NCBI GenBank assembly: GCA_046329535.1
Contig: JAXLUN010000006.1
Coordinates: forward strand, 72,429-136,428
Direction of reading: 5' to 3'
Source of the DNA: Chitinophagales bacterium
GTDB lineage: Bacteria > Bacteroidota > Bacteroidia > Chitinophagales > LD1
Length of the DNA: 64,000 nucleotides
Below are positions 57,690 to 64,000 of the stretch, piece by piece (within the stretch, counting starts at the first letter, position 1; the number at the start of each line of letters is the position of its first letter). The position numbers and the translations under genes were made by a program. Under the pieces are notes generated by a model, which searched no databases, had not been told where the DNA came from, and saw nothing but the letters and a program-made list of their open reading frames with translations.

Positions 57690-60600
57690 CTATCTTACTA
57701 AGGTAAATGAACCCTTCTTTTGAATTTCTTTGCCGTCCAGATAAGTAATACCGGCTACATAGGTATAAACGTTCGGGTTCTGCAACTGGCCTTTGTAGTG
57801 CCCATCCCAGCCGTTAAACTGATTACCGCTGTCAAAAATCAACTCACCCCACCGGTTGTAGATAGTGAGGCTAACGGTTTTAACAGCTGCTCCGTAAATT
57901 AAAAACACATCGTTGTTTCCATCGCCATTGGGGCTAAAGGCATTGGGTATAAATATTTCCGGATAGCCCGTTACATTCACCAGGGTGCTGGCGGTAGCTA
58001 TACAGTTGTTACCGTAAACCAGCGTCAGGGTATATTCGTTTTGGCTATAGCCGGTTACCATCGGGTTGGCACAATCGGTGCAGTTTAATCCTTCAAACGG
58101 GCCCCAGCTGTAACTTTTTATTTCGGCCTGCGTATAATTATTTATGGTAGCAAACAGTTGAGTAGTTCCGCCAATCTGGATAGATGAGTCACCGGGGGTA
58201 ATTTGAGCAATACCTTCAGCCGGCTCAGGCACCGTAACCGATTGTGTAGTGATACAACCACGGCTGTTAGCAATAGTAACGGTATGAGCGCCTGCTCCCA
58301 GCGTTAAAAAATCGCCATCATATTGCGGGTTACCTCCGTCAATAGAGTAAATATAAGGCTGGTTAAGTATGGAAACAGCCACTACATGTACCTGACCGTC
58401 TAAATAACTGCTTCCATAGCAGGAAGTAGAATCTGCACTAAAAATAAACTCGTCCGGTATAGGCTGTAACAGGTTAAGATTAGCCACTACGTTACATTGG
58501 TGGTCGTCAGTTACGCTGATGCGGTAATCACCGGCACCCAGATTACGGAAAGTTCCGGTTTGGTTAATGCCTACCGAACTGTTGTTATAAATCAATTCAA
58601 ACGTATACGGGCTGAAACCGTTGGTAGCACCGGCATCAATGGTTCCGTCATTAATACCAGGGCAGGAAGGTGCCATCGAGGCTGCAGTAACGCTGATAAG
58701 AGCCGGTTCAACAATGGCTGCACTTGAGCTGGTGCTGCAATTATTGGCATCGGTTACACTTACCTGATAGTTACCGGCAGGCAACCCGGTAATAGATGGT
58801 GTTGTTTGGGAGGTGTTCCAAACAAATGCATACGGGGCGGTTCCTCCGCTTACAGCCGCATCGCAAATACCATCTCCGGCACCATGGCAGCTGATATCTG
58901 TTGGTGTTACGTTCAACACAATCTGAGCCGGATCGGTTAAAGTAACAGTGGTATCAGCCTGGCAGGTATTGGCATCGGTAGCTGTTAGTATGTAAGGTGT
59001 ATTAGCCGAAAGGTTCGTGATAGAAGGCGTGGTCGCCCCGGTGTTCCACAAGTAATTGATGTTACCTACTCCGCCTGCGGCCGTGAGGGTGATGGTTCCA
59101 TCGGTGCCTCCGAAGCATTTAATAGCACCCACCACCGGCTGACTGAAATGGATTGGATTGGTAGAGAGTACGGTTGCGCTGCCGGTAGCTGAGCATCCGT
59201 TTACATCCAATACGGTAACGGTATAGGTTCCACCGCCAATACCGCTCAGATTGGCGGTGGTGGCATTGTTGCTCCAGATATACTGATAAGGCTGTGAGCC
59301 TGCCAGAATCGTAACATCGGCAGTGCCATTTAAGTAACCGTAGCAGGTTTCGTTGGTGGCCGAAGTGCTTATCTGCAAATTACCCAAAGTTACGTTTACG
59401 GTATCTCTTACCTCGCAGGCACCGCTCAATACCCGGATTACATACTGTGTGGGACCAGTTGGTGTGGCTATGGGGTTAGGAGCATTACCGTTGCTTAAGG
59501 TAGCCGCGGGGCTCCATTGATAAATAAATGGATTGCCGTTTACCGGATTTCCGGTTACTACGGCATTTAACTGAACCGAAGTGTTCTGGCAATCCAGAAT
59601 ATCAGGGCCTGCGTTAACACTGAGAGGGGCTGTTACCCCCACCACATTTAAACTAACCGATGCCGAGCAGCCGGAGTTATCGGTTACGCTCACCAGGTAA
59701 GTACCTCCGGCCAGTCCGGTGATGGATGAAGTAGTAGCCCCCGTACTCCAGATATACTGATAAGGGGTTGCTCCGGTGGTTACGGTTACCGATGCCGTAC
59801 CGTTGTGGTAACCATAGCAACTTTCGTTAGTGGTATTGACCGTTAGTTGTAAATTACCTACTGCAACAATCACTGTATCACGCGCTCTGCAGTTTCCACT
59901 GGTTACTTCTAAAACGTATGTGCTGGGTGAATTTGGGGGAGTAGCAACCGGGTTAAGTATAGTGGTGTTGCTGATTCCACCGCCCGGTGACCAAGCGTAA
60001 ACAAACGGATTGCCATTAAAAGTAGTTCCGTTTACAATGGCATTGAGCTGAACACTGCTGCCGCTACAACTGGCCAAATCCGGACCGGCATTAACCGAGA
60101 AAGGTGCCGGTACTACATTGACGGTTAACGAGTCAACTGAAACACATTGACCTATGCTGCTGCTGCATTTGTATACAGTAGTAACGGTTGGCGTAGCAAT
60201 AGGATTTGCAATGTTGCCTGCCGACAAGGTAGCAGCAGGAGACCAGGTGTATGAAGACGCTCCGGTAGCCGTTAATTGCACCTGATCACCGGCACAAATG
60301 TTAGATGTTAATGGAGAAACCTGAACATGGATATTATCCTGAATCAGAAGCGTAACACTGTCGTAAGGGGTGTTGTTGCAGGCGGTAAGCAAATAAATTT
60401 TTACGGTTTCGGTACCTTCGCTAAGCCCATCGGCAATAGTGGTAATATTCAAAACAGCTACTGTATCTCCGGCCGGAATGGTAATAGAGGTTGGAATTTG
60501 CTGATAATCTACACCATTGGTAGCGGTTCCTCCAATCTGGTATTGAACTGTAGTAGGAGCATTAACCGGGGTTTCTAAATCAAATCGAATTTTACCTCTT

Positions 60601-61445
60601 ACACATCCTTCGATGGCGTTGCTCACATTCGGCACATCGGTTTCTACCGAATCTAGACTGACAAAGTTTGAGGTCAAGCTGTTGGCCTCTAAAAATACTC
60701 CTGAATCCAATACCCCGTCACCGGCATCGGAAACGGCAAGTTTCAGGTGATAGGTTTGGCAAGGTTGTAAGCCTTTTTTCTTCGCTGTTAATACACGGGT
60801 AAATCCGTCATACTGAATGTAATAGTTTGACGTGCTCTGCGGGGTAGTGAAACCATCGCCATTATCTACATAATACTGCGGGTAGTTTACGTTGTTTACA
60901 TTATCAATAGAAACCGGAGTGGTTGTGCCGGGAACGAGGGCAATGTTTTGTGAGCCGGCAATACCCGGACCGCTGATGAAGAAACCAAATACATCGTTAT
61001 AACCTCCGTTTACATATTCCAGATATTCTTCAGAGCCGAAACTGTATTTAAATTCAACACTATCGCTTAACACCTGCATATCAAACTCGAGCACACAGGC
61101 ATCGAAGGTAGAACTGCTGGTCAGGTTATCTAAATCGGCATCTCCGCCACCGGAGTTATCTAAACCGGCTCCGCTGGTATTGTTGGGGCCGGGAGTCAGT
61201 GTTACATCGCCCGAAGTGAGAACTATACCTGAACCCATTCCCAAACTGGTGTTAGTTCCGGTGAATGTTCCGGCTGCTCCTGTAGGGCAGTTCATCACAA
61301 CGTTTGAGATAGTAACCCCGTTTCCGGCCAATGTTTGTGCTAATGAGTTTCCATTGCCACTGGCAGCTACAACTAACTGGGCAGAAAGGTTAACGGACAA
61401 AGCAAAAAAGCAGGTAACGATGAGAGCTGAATAAAATTTCTTCAT
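57690..61445 (-). CDS. 1251-aa surface protein: choice-of-anchor-L-like N-terminal domain, Calx-beta-like domain, Ig-like/SprB repeats, T9SS type-B C-terminal domain
   Basis: It has a signal peptide. It contains GIVLTSGD...DADLDNL...FKYSFGSEEYLEYVNGGYNDVFGFFISGP...DSGVFLEANSL and QYQIGGTATNGVDYQ...TVAVLNITTIADGLSEGTETVKIYL. Several C..G.NDG.I..TA.GG..PY.Y.W repeats follow. The C-terminus reads IPNAFSPNGDGNNDVF...YNRWGELIF...WDG...GSFTLVR. Confidence 0.9.
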   Translation of the reverse strand: MKKFYSALIVTCFFALSVNLSAQLVVAASGNGNSLAQTLAGNGVTISNVVMNCPTGAAGTFTGTNTSLGMGSGIVLTSGDVTLTPGPNNTSGAGLDNSGGGDADLDNLTSSSTFDACVLEFDMQVLSDSVEFKYSFGSEEYLEYVNGGYNDVFGFFISGPGIAGSQNIALVPGTTTPVSIDNVNNVNYPQYYVDNGDGFTTPQSTSNYYIQYDGFTRVLTAKKKGLQPCQTYHLKLAVSDAGDGVLDSGVFLEANSLTSNFVSLDSVETDVPNVSNAIEGCVRGKIRFDLETPVNAPTTVQYQIGGTATNGVDYQQIPTSITIPAGDTVAVLNITTIADGLSEGTETVKIYLLTACNNTPYDSVTLLIQDNIHVQVSPLTSNICAGDQVQLTATGASSYTWSPAATLSAGNIANPIATPTVTTVYKCSSSIGQCVSVDSLTVNVVPAPFSVNAGPDLASCSGSSVQLNAIVNGTTFNGNPFVYAWSPGGGISNTTILNPVATPPNSPSTYVLEVTSGNCRARDTVIVAVGNLQLTVNTTNESCYGYHNGTASVTVTTGATPYQYIWSTGATTSSITGLAGGTYLVSVTDNSGCSASVSLNVVGVTAPLSVNAGPDILDCQNTSVQLNAVVTGNPVNGNPFIYQWSPAATLSNGNAPNPIATPTGPTQYVIRVLSGACEVRDTVNVTLGNLQISTSATNETCYGYLNGTADVTILAGSQPYQYIWSNNATTANLSGIGGGTYTVTVLDVNGCSATGSATVLSTNPIHFSQPVVGAIKCFGGTDGTITLTAAGGVGNINYLWNTGATTPSITNLSANTPYILTATDANTCQADTTVTLTDPAQIVLNVTPTDISCHGAGDGICDAAVSGGTAPYAFVWNTSQTTPSITGLPAGNYQVSVTDANNCSTSSSAAIVEPALISVTAASMAPSCPGINDGTIDAGATNGFSPYTFELIYNNSSVGINQTGTFRNLGAGDYRISVTDDHQCNVVANLNLLQPIPDEFIFSADSTSCYGSSYLDGQVHVVAVSILNQPYIYSIDGGNPQYDGDFLTLGAGAHTVTIANSRGCITTQSVTVPEPAEGIAQITPGDSSIQIGGTTQLFATINNYTQAEIKSYSWGPFEGLNCTDCANPMVTGYSQNEYTLTLVYGNNCIATASTLVNVTGYPEIFIPNAFSPNGDGNNDVFLIYGAAVKTVSLTIYNRWGELIFDSGNQFNGWDGHYKGQLQNPNVYTYVAGITYLDGKEIQKKGSFTLVR

Positions 61446-61607
61446 CCTATTAATTAGGGTTAACGGTTATAATATAGTGTGTAAATGGAGTTGTGTCAAA
61501 TGTCGATAATAATTTGTTAATATCCAAACCATTTCGCGTATTGATATAGGTGGTTAAACTACCGGTATTGAATGGGTAAATAGATAGGGAAGTAGAGGAG
61601 CGTATTA

Positions 61608-62810
61608 CTAATGGACTTTTGTCAGTTGGTAATTACTTACTGCCAGCACATTAACGTAACGGTTTTCGAAAAAATCTGTTTGTCCGTCAGGCCGGCTGTT
61701 TTTGATTATATCAAATTTGTAGGCCGTTCCGTTGTAGTGTTGAGTGCTGATGTGGTTCAGAAAATCCTGACCATAATCACTGATATTGCTTAGTAAAAAC
61801 TTACTTACATCGTAGCCCAAGTAGGCAAAGCGGGTAGGTTCTGCACTAAAGTGGCCATAATAATGCTGCATAAACTCTCTGGTTTGGCTACGGCTGCTGT
61901 CTATGCAAAAAGCATCACTCAGGTGGGTATGGAAATCATTCACATAATCGAGCCTTAAAATATCTCCATTCAGCCAAGTGGGCATACCGTAAACGGTTAT
62001 GCTGTCGGTGACCAGGTTGTCGTGCAATAAACGAAGATTACCATTGATAAATGATTCATCGAATGAGGTGATGATGATGATGTTCTCAGCCTTTTTTGAA
62101 AGTTGTTCCTGCGCGGTAGTTTTCTTTCCGTTTAGTAACATATCTTTTGTATTAAGTAAGGCTACTTTAAAGTTGACGGTAGTTGTTTCGTTGTAATCTT
62201 TAAATAACGAATCAAAACGAGCGGCAATAGAAGTGCTCTTTTCTACGTTCGGGGTGTAGATAATTACATTAGCTCCGGGAAATGAGTCTGTCATGGAGTT
62301 AAACAAAGCATCTACATGCGCATCGATGGTGGGTGCCAGTTTAAGATGATAGGGGTTACCTGATGTGAGTGTTTTGGATGGAGAAAAGGGTTGTACGTTT
62401 ACAATTTTGTTTTGTTTACAAAAGTCGGCAACCAGTTTGGCAGAGGATGTTGAACTGCTTCCGATAATGAGATCGAGTTTCTTCAGCTCAGGCTTTTTCA
62501 GTATTTCGGCTGTTACCGAATCGCTATTCCAGTTATCAAACACCTCCAGCTCAATAGAAGGGCCTGTTTCATTCTCGAGAAGTGCCTGCAATACTCCCTG
62601 ATAAAAGTCGAGTGAGATGACTGCATCATCGTTCAATCGGATTCTTTGCGCTGTAAAAAGATCATGTGCATTGGTATATGCTTCCAGTTTTTCAGTAGTA
62701 GAAGCCGCCTGAAAAGGGAGGATTAGACCAATATGGTAAACAGAATCGGTTTGAGCCTGTGAAAGATTCAGTGAGGTGACAGTGAAAAATAAAATGAAGA
62801 GTTTCTTCAT
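61608..62810 (-). CDS. periplasmic-binding-protein type-1-like (LivK-fold) secreted protein
   Basis: I prefer Met at 62810 (MKKLFILFFTVTSLNLSQAQ), because the track start at 62918 would overlap guaA. YHIGLILPF... resembles Leu/Ile/Val-binding-fold proteins. The call is by eye only. Confidence 0.55.
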   Translation of the reverse strand: MKKLFILFFTVTSLNLSQAQTDSVYHIGLILPFQAASTTEKLEAYTNAHDLFTAQRIRLNDDAVISLDFYQGVLQALLENETGPSIELEVFDNWNSDSVTAEILKKPELKKLDLIIGSSSTSSAKLVADFCKQNKIVNVQPFSPSKTLTSGNPYHLKLAPTIDAHVDALFNSMTDSFPGANVIIYTPNVEKSTSIAARFDSLFKDYNETTTVNFKVALLNTKDMLLNGKKTTAQEQLSKKAENIIIITSFDESFINGNLRLLHDNLVTDSITVYGMPTWLNGDILRLDYVNDFHTHLSDAFCIDSSRSQTREFMQHYYGHFSAEPTRFAYLGYDVSKFLLSNISDYGQDFLNHISTQHYNGTAYKFDIIKNSRPDGQTDFFENRYVNVLAVSNYQLTKVH

Positions 62811-62856
62811 TGTTGTTTGAATGAATTTATGGATACAATAGGGGCTAATTTCGTGC

Positions 62857-64000
62857 CTATTCCCATTCAATAGTGGCTGGCGGTTTAGAACTGATATCAT
62901 AAACCACCCGGTTGACACCTTTTACATTATTGATAATCTCATTAGATGTTTTGGCCAAAAACTCATACGGCAAATGTGACCAGTCGGCAGTCATACCATC
63001 GGTAGAGTTCACCGCGCGAAGTGCCACTACATTTTCATAAGTTCTTTCATCGCCCATAACACCTACCGATTTGATGGGTAGAAGTATAGCTCCGGCCTGC
63101 CACACTTCGGTGTAGAGGTTATATTTCTTTAGGTTTTCTACATAAATGTGATCGGCTTCCTGCAGGATGCGTACTTTTTCTGCTGTAATATCTCCTAAAA
63201 TACGCACAGCCAGACCAGGACCGGGAAATGGATGGCGGAATAGGATTTCAGGTACCAGTCCAAGTTCCTTGCCTGCTTTTCGTACTTCATCTTTAAAAAG
63301 ATTGCGAAGAGGCTCTACAATTTTCAGTTTTAATAAATCAGGCAAGCCTCCAACATTGTGGTGACTTTTAATAGTGGCGGAGGGGCCTTTAACCGATACC
63401 GATTCAATTACGTCAGGGTAGATGGTGCCTTGTGCCAGCCATTTTACATCTTTATGTTTATGTGCCTCGTGTTCAAAAACTTCGATAAACACACGACCTA
63501 TTATCTTGCGTTTCTGTTCCGGATCGGTTACTCCGGCTAACTCTTTTAAGAAACGGTTTCCTGCGCGTACACCATGCACATTAAGCCCCATTTCTTCATA
63601 TTTTTTCATCACAGTTTCAAATTCATCTTTGCGTAGCAGCCCATTATCTACAAAAATACATAACAGATTGTCTCCAATTGCTTCTTCTAAAAGTAAAGCA
63701 GCTACCGATGAATCGACACCTCCACTTAATCCCAGAATTACTTTCTCCTCACCAATTTGTGCTTTCAGTTGCTTAACTGTTTCTACCACAAATGAAGCCG
63801 AAGTCCATTTGTGTGAGCATCCGCAAACATTAAACAGATAGTTGCTAAGAATAATATGCCCTTCGGTGGAGTGATATACTTCCGGATGAAACTGTAAGGC
63901 ATATACGGGATGAACGAACGCGTCTTTCTTAGAGCGGTAAGCTGCTATGTCAATACTATCTGAACCGGCTATGATTTCAAACTTATCTCCAATGCTTTTC
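62857..64000 (-). CDS. guaA: GMP synthase (glutamine-hydrolysing); N-terminal part runs off the right edge
   Basis: It contains [13 protein letters not shown] (ATP pyrophosphatase) and the C-terminal ...KPPATIEWE*. The frame stays open upstream of the track start to 64000 (..[32 protein letters not shown]). Confidence 0.95.
   Translation of the reverse strand, partial: KSIGDKFEIIAGSDSIDIAAYRSKKDAFVHPVYALQFHPEVYHSTEGHIILSNYLFNVCGCSHKWTSASFVVETVKQLKAQIGEEKVILGLSGGVDSSVAALLLEEAIGDNLLCIFVDNGLLRKDEFETVMKKYEEMGLNVHGVRAGNRFLKELAGVTDPEQKRKIIGRVFIEVFEHEAHKHKDVKWLAQGTIYPDVIESVSVKGPSATIKSHHNVGGLPDLLKLKIVEPLRNLFKDEVRKAGKELGLVPEILFRHPFPGPGLAVRILGDITAEKVRILQEADHIYVENLKKYNLYTEVWQAGAILLPIKSVGVMGDERTYENVVALRAVNSTDGMTADWSHLPYEFLAKTSNEIINNVKGVNRVVYDISSKPPATIEWE

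Noticed and set aside
38000-61500. Apparent GC step, with the right part of the window richer than the left
   Set aside because: My hand counts of single 60-nt lines gave about 32-47% in many left-hand lines and about 48-60% in mdh and the adhesin genes. But the TonB receptor at 21-23 kb also gave about 45-55%, and the Gly/Ala/Thr-rich adhesins inflate GC. This is too noisy without a computed sliding window.

Overview
This is a Bacteroidota-type chromosomal window. The evidence is T9SS C-terminal sorting domains, CarboxypepD_reg-type TonB-dependent receptors and TTTG-N19-TAnnTTTG promoter boxes. Positions 1-43.9 kb mix housekeeping genes with envelope and secreted loci. The housekeeping genes include an RND efflux operon, family-6 UDG, asnB, tcdA, rarA, an Rrf2 regulator, ahcY, rpoD and mdh. 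Positions 44.2-61.4 kb are dominated by two giant T9SS type-B surface proteins (3662 aa and 1251 aa). They share a single PorP/SprF gene that is fused to an OmpA domain. I recognised no rRNA, tRNA, CRISPR array, transposase or integrase. The best candidates for undescribed biology are listed here. (1) An adjacent pair of T9SS-exported proteins at 6970-9518: a PHM/DBH-like copper monooxygenase with all six Cu ligands, next to a CxxCH secreted protein. (2) A tightly coupled DUF4856-imelysin-HTTM-TonB receptor operon at 17.5-23.3 kb, whose promoter is bracketed by twin palindromes. (3) The PorP/SprF - long helical spacer - OmpA fusion downstream of the mosaic 3662-aa adhesin. (4) An orphan 320-aa protein ending in a consensus beta-clamp-binding pentapeptide (QLDLF). 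Several genes (9.5-11.3 kb, 34.4-34.65 kb, 35.6-42.2 kb) are disrupted in sharply bounded blocks of frameshifts. These blocks could be real pseudogenisation or local consensus error. All functional calls come from reading the translations by eye, because no database search was possible.
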